Assembly: GCA_046734955.1 (NCBI GenBank)
Contig: JBKPSH010000074.1
Coordinates: 8,698-72,697, forward strand
Length of the DNA stretch: 64,000 nucleotides
Source of the DNA: Acidobacteriota bacterium
GTDB lineage: Bacteria > Acidobacteriota > Vicinamibacteria > Vicinamibacterales > 2-12-FULL-66-21
Direction of reading: 5' to 3'
Shown: positions 56,253 to 64,000 of the stretch, piece after piece
Position numbering within the stretch: the stretch's first letter is position 1
Layout: the number at the start of each line of letters is the position of its first letter
Notes under the pieces: generated by a model
What the model was told of the DNA's origin: nothing
The model's database searches: none
What the model saw: the letters and a program-made list of their open reading frames with translations, nothing else
Position numbers and translations under genes: made by a program

Positions 56253-56765
56253 ATGAGCGAAATTCTGCCGGGCAAAAGGCCAGCGGAATCCCTGACCGAG
56301 ATGGTGCAGGTCGTTCTTCCGAACGATGCGAATCCACTGGGATTCATCCTCGGCGGAACGGTCATGCACCTGATCGACATTGCCGGCGCCATCGCGGCGC
56401 ACCGCCACGCGCGCAGTGTGCTGGTGACGGCAGCCGTCGATGGCCTCCAGTTCCTGCACCCGATTCGCGTCGGGGATCTGATCATTCTGAAAGCGCGCGT
56501 CACCGCAACGTGGACGACGTCACTCGAAGTCGAAGTCGAGGTATTTTCGGAGGAAACGCTCACCGGACACCGGCAGCTCACAAGTCTTGCCTATCTCACG
56601 TTCGTTGCGGTCGATCGCGACAGTCAACGACTTCCCATTCCGCATCTGATCCTCGAAACCGATGACGACAGACGACGGGCCGCCGAGGCCGAAGCGCGTC
56701 GCGCCGATCGCCTGAAGGCGCGCCAGGCGTTGGAACTCCGCCGGGCCACCGCGGCGGAGCGATGA
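56253..56765 (+). CDS. Acyl-CoA thioesterase (hotdog fold, YciA/BFIT-like)
   Basis: VLPNDANPLGFILGGTVMHLIDIAGAIAA, typical of the YciA-type hotdog family. Confidence 0.8.
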   Translation: MSEILPGKRPAESLTEMVQVVLPNDANPLGFILGGTVMHLIDIAGAIAAHRHARSVLVTAAVDGLQFLHPIRVGDLIILKARVTATWTTSLEVEVEVFSEETLTGHRQLTSLAYLTFVAVDRDSQRLPIPHLILETDDDRRRAAEAEARRADRLKARQALELRRATAAER

Positions 56766-58552
56766 CCGAGGCGCCGCGCGGATCATCCCGCCGCTCGTCG
56801 TCGGTCCTCTTTGTGGTTGCCATCATCGCTGCCGCTGCGGCAATCGCCATAGCGATTTCCGGTGGATTCTCCGTGCGGCTGTTCGGAATCCGAGTGTCGA
56901 GCCGTGGACCGTTGCGGCCGACACTATTCGCGCTGCTCTTCCTCGCGATTGCGTATCGGCGCATGCCGGAGTGGCAGAGGGGCGCCGTCTCGAGTTTTCT
57001 CTCTCGCTTTCTCCGCGCCTTGACGCCATGGGTGGCGACGGCAGCGGCTGCGGCGGTCCTGGTGGTGTGCTGGGTGTATGGCACTCGCGCCGCCGGCGGA
57101 TCCGACAGTTATGGGTATGTCAGCCAGGCTCGTCTCTGGCTCGCGGCCGATCTTCACGTCCACCAGGATTTCGCTGCGACAGCGCCGTGGCCAAACGCCG
57201 ACTGGACGTTCACGCCGCTCGGCTATCGGCCCGCGCCGGGCCACACCATCGTTCCGACCTACGCGCCAGGATTGCCGCTGTTGATGGCGATGTTCATGAA
57301 GTTCGCCGGCGAGTGTGGTGCGTTCATTGTGACGCCTCTGTCCGGCGCCCTGCTCGTGCTTCTGACGTTCGCACTCGGTGTCCAGCTATCCGGTCGATCG
57401 ACCGGGGCGCTCGCTGCGCTCTTGACCGCCAGCAGCCCGACGATTTTGTTCATGACGCTTTGGCCAATGAGCGATGTGCCCGCGGCTGCGTTCTGGATAA
57501 TGTCGCTGGTGATCGCCGTGCGGCCGCCGTCGCTCACATCCGCAACTCTCGCAGCGGTCTCAGCGGGCGTCGCGATCCTCATTCGACCGAACCTCGCGCC
57601 ATTGGTTGTCTTTCCTGCCGCCTTGGCGGCATGGCGAGCAACGGGGTCCGCCAGTGTCCGAGTCCTGCGTCTCTCCATCTTCGCACTCGCGTGTCTCCCT
57701 TTCGTCGCACTCGTCGCCTGGGTCAATCACGATCTCTACGGATCGTTTCTCACGTCCGGATATGGCGAGGCATCATCCATCTATAAATGGCAGTACTTCC
57801 GACCGAATCTCGATCGCTACCCGCGCTGGCTGTGGGAATCGCAGGGCCCGTACGTATTCGTATTCCTGCTGGCCGTCGGGCTGCCGCGTGGCCCGAAGAC
57901 GGAGAGCCGGGCGCTGCGCTGGATCCTGCTCGCCTACGTCGCCGGCGTGTTCGCCTGCTATCTGTTCTACGGTGTGTTCGATGACTGGTGGTATCTCAGG
58001 TTCGTCATTCCTGCACTGCCGGTGATGTTCGTGTTGAGTATTGATGCGATCTCACAAGCTGGCCGCGGGTTCGGTCCAGTGGTCCAAGCAATGGCAACGG
58101 TTGTCTTCACGGCGCTCACGGTCAATCATGCGATCGCATATGCGCGGCAGCACTCGGTTTTCGAGATCGGCGAAGGAGAACAGAAGTATGCGGACGTCGG
58201 CCGATACCTCGCGCGTGAACTCTCGCCGGACACGGTCGTGATCTCCGGACTGCACAGCGGGAACATCCGGTTGTACTCACAACTGAGAACGTTGCGGGTC
58301 GACGTACTCGACGACGCGTGGCTCGATCGCGCGATCGATTACCTGAAATCAGAGGGTCCGCCACCCTACCTGGTGCTGGAAGAATCAGAGGTTCGAAATT
58401 TTCGTCAGCGCTTTGCGAACCAGCAGGCCGTCGCACTCGTGGATCGGCCGGCAGTGGCGGTCCATTCGCGGCGCGTGTACGTGTTCAGTACCGATCCTCG
58501 GCGTTCAGCCGATTCGCCACAAACGATTCCGCACACGAGTGGGTGTGAGTGA
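56762..58552 (+). CDS. Polytopic membrane protein, possible GT-C fold (ArnT/PMT-like) glycosyltransferase
   Basis: 596 aa with more than 10 hydrophobic segments. The first loop carries GGSDSYGYV and the C-terminal domain is soluble. ATGA overlap with the thioesterase stop. The family call rests on topology only. Confidence 0.45.
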   Translation: MTEAPRGSSRRSSSVLFVVAIIAAAAAIAIAISGGFSVRLFGIRVSSRGPLRPTLFALLFLAIAYRRMPEWQRGAVSSFLSRFLRALTPWVATAAAAAVLVVCWVYGTRAAGGSDSYGYVSQARLWLAADLHVHQDFAATAPWPNADWTFTPLGYRPAPGHTIVPTYAPGLPLLMAMFMKFAGECGAFIVTPLSGALLVLLTFALGVQLSGRSTGALAALLTASSPTILFMTLWPMSDVPAAAFWIMSLVIAVRPPSLTSATLAAVSAGVAILIRPNLAPLVVFPAALAAWRATGSASVRVLRLSIFALACLPFVALVAWVNHDLYGSFLTSGYGEASSIYKWQYFRPNLDRYPRWLWESQGPYVFVFLLAVGLPRGPKTESRALRWILLAYVAGVFACYLFYGVFDDWWYLRFVIPALPVMFVLSIDAISQAGRGFGPVVQAMATVVFTALTVNHAIAYARQHSVFEIGEGEQKYADVGRYLARELSPDTVVISGLHSGNIRLYSQLRTLRVDVLDDAWLDRAIDYLKSEGPPPYLVLEESEVRNFRQRFANQQAVALVDRPAVAVHSRRVYVFSTDPRRSADSPQTIPHTSGCE

Positions 58553-58553
58553 G

Positions 58554-58814
58554 TTATTTCTGAAAGTACTGCGCGTTCACTGGAATATAGTTCTTCCACT
58601 TCTCCGGCGTTTCATCGAGCGCGAAGATGGCCTCGACCGGGCACGCCGGCACACAGGCGCCGCAGTCGATGCACTCATCGGGGTGGATGTAAAGCATCTC
58701 GGCCGTCGCGAAATCAGGTTCATCCTTGCGGGGATGAATGCAGTCCACCGGACACACATCGACACACGCGGTGTCTTTGGTACCGATGCACGGCTCGCAG
58801 ATGATGTAGGCCAC
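58554..58814 (-). CDS. 7Fe-type ferredoxin ([3Fe-4S][4Fe-4S])
   Basis: CEPCIGTKDTACVDVCP and CIDCGACVPACP cluster motifs; 86 aa. Confidence 0.9.
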   Translation of the reverse strand: MAYIICEPCIGTKDTACVDVCPVDCIHPRKDEPDFATAEMLYIHPDECIDCGACVPACPVEAIFALDETPEKWKNYIPVNAQYFQK

Positions 58815-58887
58815 TGTCTGTATCTCCTCCTCAATCCCTCACAAGATAAACTCTGGTTATATACGCAGGACGGCGATCAATCAAGGT

Positions 58888-59241
58888 TCAGTGAATTTTG
58901 ATTCGGCCGGCGAATCCATCGTCGTAGCCATGGTAATGCGTGATCGCAGGCTCGGGATAACTCCAGCAGTAATAGCCTTCGCCATTATCGAAATCGACGA
59001 GCCACAGGCCCTTTGCCTCGAGGCCGAGGGCACGCACCTCTTCAACCCATCCGGCCACGACGTCACGCAAGGCCTCGGATAAGAGGGAGTGTTCAGGGTT
59101 ATCCTCGGACAATCCGCGGAGCTGGTCGGCCAGCGCTTCAGCCCGGCGTACCGCATCCGCGGTCAGATGTTTCACCTGCGGCAGCAGCTCTGACGCCTGA
59201 GTCAGCGTGAAGATCTGGGCGGAATCGGAAGTCGTAGCCAT
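58888..59241 (-). CDS. DUF2203 family protein
   Basis: 117 aa. FTLTQASELLPQV...LWLVDFDNGEGYYCWSYPE pattern typical of DUF2203. Confidence 0.65.
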   Translation of the reverse strand: MATTSDSAQIFTLTQASELLPQVKHLTADAVRRAEALADQLRGLSEDNPEHSLLSEALRDVVAGWVEEVRALGLEAKGLWLVDFDNGEGYYCWSYPEPAITHYHGYDDGFAGRIKIH

Positions 59242-59280
59242 CCGACGATTATAATTGCAGCTTTAGAGAACGGAGAAGAG

Positions 59281-60531
59281 GTGACACGCGCGCGATCTCT
59301 TCCCGGCTGTACCCACGTGTTTACCTGGCGCCTTACACATTGTCTTCTCCTCCTCGCGGTAGTGACCTGCGCGGATCCGATGCCTTCTCGCGCACAGACG
59401 CTCCCGGAACGGCCGATTCAGGCCTTCGACGGGAAGGTCGCGCTCGGGGCCGAAGTGATTGCGACCGGCGGTAACGCCGACGAGATTGCGTTCTTCAATT
59501 ACACGGACTACGAGCACAACGCACTTCGCATGTTCCGGATCGGCGTCTCGGGAATTTATCGCCCCGCCCACTGGGTGTCGTTTGTCGGCGAGTTGCGATC
59601 CGAGGATCTTGAATCGCCGAACGCCTACGCGGCGTACGTTCGACTGCGGCCGTGGCGCAATCGATCGTTTGACATCCAGGCCGGGCGAATCCCACCGGTG
59701 TTCGGATCGTTCGGACGCCGGCAATACGAGACCGGGAATCCCGTCATCGGCTATCCCCTCGCCTATCAATACCTGACGTCACTACGGACTGACGCTATTC
59801 CGGCGACGGCCGACGACGTGCTCCGGATGCGCGCGCGCGGATGGCGTTCGAGCTATCCCATCGGCTCACCGCTCCCCGGCCCGGGCATTCCCCTGATCAG
59901 CGGCTTCCAGTGGGACACAGGCCTGGAGGCGACGTGGCGGACCGGCGTACTGGAACTTGCCGGCTCGGTCACCAACGGCACGCTTTCGAGTCCGCGAGTG
60001 AGCGATGACAACGGCGGCAAACAGGTCGCGGCCCGCGTCGGCGTCACGCCCGCGGTCGGTCTTGTTCTGGGGGCATCCGCGGCACACGGGGCGTGGCTCT
60101 CACGAACCGTGTCACCCGACTCGTCGCCGGCACAGCAGTCGTACGGTGCAGACGCAGAGTACTCGCGCGATCACTGGATCGTGCGATGGGAACTGGTCTG
60201 GAGCCGCTGGGGCTTTCCGCATGCCCTGACTCCAGACAACACGACGTCGCTCGATTCGCTGGGCACGTGGGTCGAAGGACGATATCGGGTGACGCCGCGG
60301 ATCTTCGTCGCGGCACGCGCCGATCGCCTCGACTTTTCGACGCTGCACGGTGCAACGATTGGCGAGACTGGCTTGCCTTGGGACGCGCCGGTCAAACGCG
60401 TCGAAGGCGCGTTTGGGTATTACCTGCAGCGTAATTTCGTGCTGCGAACCAGCGTCCAGAGCAATTGGCGTGATGGCGGGCGCGATCGCAGCCGGACATA
60501 TCTCTCAGGTCAACTGGTGTACTGGTTTTGA
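59281..60531 (+). CDS. Putative outer-membrane beta-barrel (porin-like) protein
   Basis: 416 aa with a signal peptide. Alternating beta-strand pattern. C-terminal OMP signature ...YLSGQLVYWF. Confidence 0.55.
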   Translation: MTRARSLPGCTHVFTWRLTHCLLLLAVVTCADPMPSRAQTLPERPIQAFDGKVALGAEVIATGGNADEIAFFNYTDYEHNALRMFRIGVSGIYRPAHWVSFVGELRSEDLESPNAYAAYVRLRPWRNRSFDIQAGRIPPVFGSFGRRQYETGNPVIGYPLAYQYLTSLRTDAIPATADDVLRMRARGWRSSYPIGSPLPGPGIPLISGFQWDTGLEATWRTGVLELAGSVTNGTLSSPRVSDDNGGKQVAARVGVTPAVGLVLGASAAHGAWLSRTVSPDSSPAQQSYGADAEYSRDHWIVRWELVWSRWGFPHALTPDNTTSLDSLGTWVEGRYRVTPRIFVAARADRLDFSTLHGATIGETGLPWDAPVKRVEGAFGYYLQRNFVLRTSVQSNWRDGGRDRSRTYLSGQLVYWF

Positions 60532-61223
60532 TCTCCAGACCTTGCTTCGCGATGCTGATGGCCGGACTGGTCGCGGTGGCGATCGCACAGATCGATGCCG
60601 GCGCATCGCCGCCGACAGCGCGGGCGACGGGGACCATCCGCGGACGTGTCGAGCTCCGGCAGGCACCGTCGGATATTGCGCCGCGCGTGAGCGTCGCCGA
60701 TCTCGGCATGAGCAACACGCACGAGCCGCCGGATCGGCGCAGCGTCGTCTATCTGGATCCTGCGCCGCGTGCAGCGTTCGAACGCTCCGACGAAACCCGC
60801 CCCCGAATGGATCAGAAAAGCGAAACCTTCGTGCCGCACGTGCTGCCGATTGTGGTCGGGACGACGGTCGATTTTCCCAACAACGATCACACGTATCACA
60901 ACGTGTTTTCGCTCTCGAAGACCAAGTCCTTCGATCTTGGCCGCTACGCCGCGGGACGATCGAAGTCGGTTCGCTTCGATCGTCCCGGTATCGTGCGCGT
61001 GTTCTGTGACATTCATTCCCACATGAGTGCGTTCATCATCGTGTTCGCACATCGATATTTTTCTCTCTCCGACAGCGACGGGTTGTATCGCCTGGAAAAC
61101 GTGCCGCCCGGGACCTACACCGTTGTCGCCTGGAATGAGTCCGCGCCGCTCGAGTCCCGACGCGTCGTCGTACCGGATGCGGGGGGTGAAGTCGAAGTGA
61201 ATTTCGCGCTCGGCCGGCGATGA
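60528..61223 (+). CDS. Periplasmic cupredoxin-like protein with C-terminal carboxypeptidase-regulatory-like beta-sandwich
   Basis: Signal peptide. FVPHVLPIVVGTTVDFPNNDHTYHNVFS...VRVFCDIHSHM (H...C-x2-H-x2-M, a plastocyanin/azurin-like ligand pattern). Then DGLYRLENVPPGTYTVVAW. ATGA overlaps on both sides. Confidence 0.6.
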   Translation: MISRPCFAMLMAGLVAVAIAQIDAGASPPTARATGTIRGRVELRQAPSDIAPRVSVADLGMSNTHEPPDRRSVVYLDPAPRAAFERSDETRPRMDQKSETFVPHVLPIVVGTTVDFPNNDHTYHNVFSLSKTKSFDLGRYAAGRSKSVRFDRPGIVRVFCDIHSHMSAFIIVFAHRYFSLSDSDGLYRLENVPPGTYTVVAWNESAPLESRRVVVPDAGGEVEVNFALGRR

Positions 61224-62998
61224 ACCTCTTTGCTTCGCTCACCAATCGGATCTTTTTCGCCAGCGCGATTCTCACCGTCGTCGCCATCGCAGTCGCCGTG
61301 TATCGAGTAAACGTTGCGGTGACGACGCAGGCGGAGAATGAACTTCGCCGCGGCATTGACGAGGCAGGAACCCTCCTGGAGGAATACCGGACAAGGCTGT
61401 TCGAGCAGTACGCGCGCGACGGAGCCCTGGTGGCCGATCTGTCGAATATGAAAGCGGCGATGACGACGCTGGATCCGCCGACCGTCGAACCGATTGCCGC
61501 GCGGTATCAAAAACAGATTGACTGTGATGTGCTCCTCGTCACCGATCCGTCTGGGGCTGTCCTGGCGGAAAGCGGCCGGCTCAAGATTGATGATCCATCG
61601 ACTGTGCTGCGCGACGCGGTCGCCGAGGCGAAACGCGGCAAGGAGACCGTGTCCCTGTGGCCGCATCCGGGCGGCGTGATTCAGATTGTCACGGTCCCCA
61701 GCTTTATCGTTCAGCCGGCAGGGCCTGAGTTTGTCGGCACTGTCAGCGTAGGATTCAGCCTTGATGCCGAGACCGCACAACGTTTCAAGCGGCTCACCAA
61801 CAGCGAAATTGCGTTTGCGGTAAACGGCGAAATTGAGGCATCGACACTTCCGGACCAATACAGCTCGCAGCTCGAGACGCTCATCCGCACACAGGATGTT
61901 CACGCTATTCGTCTCGGCGAGGGGGAATACGTCGCGGTCAGTAGGGTCCTTCCTCTGCAAGCCAGCGTCGGACCGACGTCGTCCGCAAAGGGCCCCGTCG
62001 CGACGGCTGTCATTCTCCGATCCCGGACCGAACGGCTGCGCTTTCTCAATGCCGTACACCGTGAACTCGCCGTCACGGCATTTCTCGCCGTCATGGCTGC
62101 CACCCTCCTCAGCTACGCGGTCGCACGGACGGTGACACGGCCGCTCGGCGCGATCACCGCGACGATGCGCGAGATGGCAACGACCGGAGACCTGACGAGG
62201 AAGATCGCGCTCTCGCCGAACGCGCGCTGGGAAGATGAAGATGCGACCCTGCTCGCCAACACATTCAACACGATGACCGACTCAATCGCGCGCTTTCAGC
62301 GGGAGGCCGCGCAGCGCGAACGGTTGTCTTCACTGGGCCGGCTCTCGACGGTCGTCGCGCACGAAATCCGGAATCCTCTGATGATCATCCGCACGGCGCT
62401 TCGCACGCTGAAACAGGGGACCGGCCATTCACCGGAGGTGGATGGAGCGATTGCGGACATCGACGAGGAGGTCACGCGGCTCAATCGCATTGTCGCCGAA
62501 GTGCTCGACTTTGCCCGGCCGATCAAGTTCGATCTGGAAGCGGTCAACGTGAACGCGCTGTGCGAGGATGCGGCGCGCGCCGTAGGCAGCGAGGAGCCGG
62601 GTATCACCGCACATCTCGACCTCGATCGTCAGATCGGAGAGATCGTCACCGACGGAGAGCGGGTGCGCCTCGCGCTCGTCAACGTACTGACCAATGCGCG
62701 ACACGCGGTGCTGGCACGGACCGATCGGCCTGGATATCCCGCACGCGCGATCGAACTCGTCACCCGCAACGCGACACCGGGACGCGTTTCGATCGAAGTT
62801 CGCGATCGCGGCGTTGGGATCGCTGCCGATGATTTGTCCCGCGTGTTCGATCCATTCTTTACCACCCGCCGAACAGGCACCGGCCTTGGACTGGCGATCA
62901 CCCGCCGCATCATCGAAGGACTTGGAGGTACCATTACAGTGACGAGCCGTCCAGGACAGGGCACGGATGTCCGGATTGAACTGCCCGTCAGCGCGTAA
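61220..62998 (+). CDS. Sensor histidine kinase (TM - large periplasmic domain - TM - HAMP - HisKA - HATPase_c)
   Basis: H-box LGRLSTVVAHEIRNPL, N-box LVNVLTNARHA, G-boxes DRGVGI and GTGLGLAI. Periplasmic segment of about 250 aa between two TM helices. Confidence 0.85.
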   Translation: MNLFASLTNRIFFASAILTVVAIAVAVYRVNVAVTTQAENELRRGIDEAGTLLEEYRTRLFEQYARDGALVADLSNMKAAMTTLDPPTVEPIAARYQKQIDCDVLLVTDPSGAVLAESGRLKIDDPSTVLRDAVAEAKRGKETVSLWPHPGGVIQIVTVPSFIVQPAGPEFVGTVSVGFSLDAETAQRFKRLTNSEIAFAVNGEIEASTLPDQYSSQLETLIRTQDVHAIRLGEGEYVAVSRVLPLQASVGPTSSAKGPVATAVILRSRTERLRFLNAVHRELAVTAFLAVMAATLLSYAVARTVTRPLGAITATMREMATTGDLTRKIALSPNARWEDEDATLLANTFNTMTDSIARFQREAAQRERLSSLGRLSTVVAHEIRNPLMIIRTALRTLKQGTGHSPEVDGAIADIDEEVTRLNRIVAEVLDFARPIKFDLEAVNVNALCEDAARAVGSEEPGITAHLDLDRQIGEIVTDGERVRLALVNVLTNARHAVLARTDRPGYPARAIELVTRNATPGRVSIEVRDRGVGIAADDLSRVFDPFFTTRRTGTGLGLAITRRIIEGLGGTITVTSRPGQGTDVRIELPVSA

Positions 62999-63061
62999 TG
63001 AAACTCGTCACCGGTCCTTTATGTGTAGGGCGCGGTCTTCAGACCCCGCCGACGGAAAAGC

Positions 63062-64000
63062 ATGAGTGGCTCGATTCTTCTCGTAGATGACGAAGCAAAG
63101 ATCCTGAATGCGCTGGCCTCAGCGCTCCGGAAAGAAGGATACGAGGTCGTCGCAACCGGCAGCGCGCGTGAAGCGCAGCGGCTCTTGAGCCAGCGCCTTT
63201 TCGACGTTCTGGTCGTCGACAACCTGATGCCCGAACTGACGGGCACCGACTTGATCCGGGAACTCGTCTCGACGACCGCCGTCGGCGACCGGCCGCAGAT
63301 CCTGATGATGACAGCACACGCCACGGTCGAAAGCGCGATCGAGGCGATGAAGCTCGGCGCGCTCGATTACCTGCAGAAGCCGTTCGAGGTCGATGAACTG
63401 CTTGTCGTCGTCAACCGCGCGCTGGAACATCAGCGGCTCAGTACCGAACACCGGTATCTGATCAGCGAGCGTGACGCCGAGTTCAATCATTACGGGATCG
63501 TCGGTCGCAGCCGTCGCATGCAGGAAGTGATTAACACGGCGCAGCTTGTCGCCAAATCAAAGAGCACGATCCTGATTACCGGCGAGACAGGCACGGGCAA
63601 AGAAATGGTCGCCCGCGCGGTTCACTTTCACAGCGCGCAGCGGGAAATGCCCCTCATCAAGGTGAACTGCGCCGCCATCCCCGAGACGCTCCTCGAATCA
63701 GAGCTCTTCGGTCACGTGCGCGGGGCGTTCACCGGCGCCACGACCAACAAGAAAGGCAAGTTCGCGCTCGCCGATGGCGGCACGATTTTCCTGGATGAGA
63801 TCGGCACCATGAGCCCGGCGCTGCAGGCGAAGCTCCTCCGCGTCCTGCAGGAACGCGAGTTCGAGCCGCTGGGTTCGGAGCGCACCCAACGCGTCGACGT
63901 GCGTGTGATCGCGGCGACCAACCGCGACCTTCGACAAATGGTTGCTGATGGACGGTTCCAGGAAGATCTCTACTACCGCCTCAACGTCATTCCGATTCAC
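63062..64000 (+). CDS. Sigma-54-dependent response regulator (NtrC family), 3'-truncated by the window edge
   Basis: My own translation from ATG 63062: [18 protein letters not shown]... (receiver domain), then the AAA+ sigma54-interaction domain with [15 protein letters not shown] (Walker A), [17 protein letters not shown] and [19 protein letters not shown]. Open to base 64000. Confidence 0.85.
   Translation, partial: MSGSILLVDDEAKILNALASALRKEGYEVVATGSAREAQRLLSQRLFDVLVVDNLMPELTGTDLIRELVSTTAVGDRPQILMMTAHATVESAIEAMKLGALDYLQKPFEVDELLVVVNRALEHQRLSTEHRYLISERDAEFNHYGIVGRSRRMQEVINTAQLVAKSKSTILITGETGTGKEMVARAVHFHSAQREMPLIKVNCAAIPETLLESELFGHVRGAFTGATTNKKGKFALADGGTIFLDEIGTMSPALQAKLLRVLQEREFEPLGSERTQRVDVRVIAATNRDLRQMVADGRFQEDLYYRLNVIPIH

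Noticed and set aside
59242-59280. Sigma-54 (-24/-12) promoter for the module that ends in an NtrC-type activator
   Set aside because: No TGGCAC-N5-TTGC-like element is present here. TGGCAC strings seen elsewhere (for example near 10545, 24884, 25004 and 45430) lack the -12 element and lie inside genes or cassettes.

Overview
High-GC bacterial chromosomal segment. It is most plausibly Acidobacteria-like, because it carries five tandem ADOP-type ('acidobacterial duplicated orphan permease', MacB/FtsX-like) genes. All calls come from reading the ORF translations and the DNA by eye; no searches were run.

Gene content, in order:
- TPM + LemA pair
- two large sortilin/VPS10-type BNR beta-propeller proteins
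- two ECF sigma/anti-sigma modules
- DinB, YheT-like hydrolase and DUF72
- the ADOP array (11.2-23.4 kb)
- a tightly coupled 7-gene TetR-HlyD-ABC-TolC-ABC-ABC2-ABC2 efflux operon (ybhGFSR-like)
- a LiaF-like/LytS-type kinase/LytTR regulator/diheme cytochrome c operon
- aminopeptidase P, an orphan MacB-type ATPase, an RRM protein and an SCO-like protein
- a PLD (Cls-like) + EEP pair
- an SPFH + ribbon-helix-helix pair
- a 1051-aa HExxH/PD40/beta-barrel outer-membrane protein
- thioesterase, a GT-C-like membrane protein, ferredoxin and DUF2203
- an OM-barrel/cupredoxin-like/histidine kinase/sigma54-activator module that runs off the 3' edge

No rRNA, tRNA, CRISPR array, transposase or integrase was seen.

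The most unusual signal is non-coding. At least 15 intergenic tracts are built from short (mostly 7-8 nt) tandem units in a few sequence families, sit directly against stop or start codons, and are often arranged as inverted pairs. Three gene cassettes are bracketed by such inverted arrays: two four-helix-bundle (23S-rRNA-IVS/Avd family) genes capping the ADOP array, and the SPFH-RHH pair. This architecture resembles rRNA intervening sequences but lies in mRNA context.
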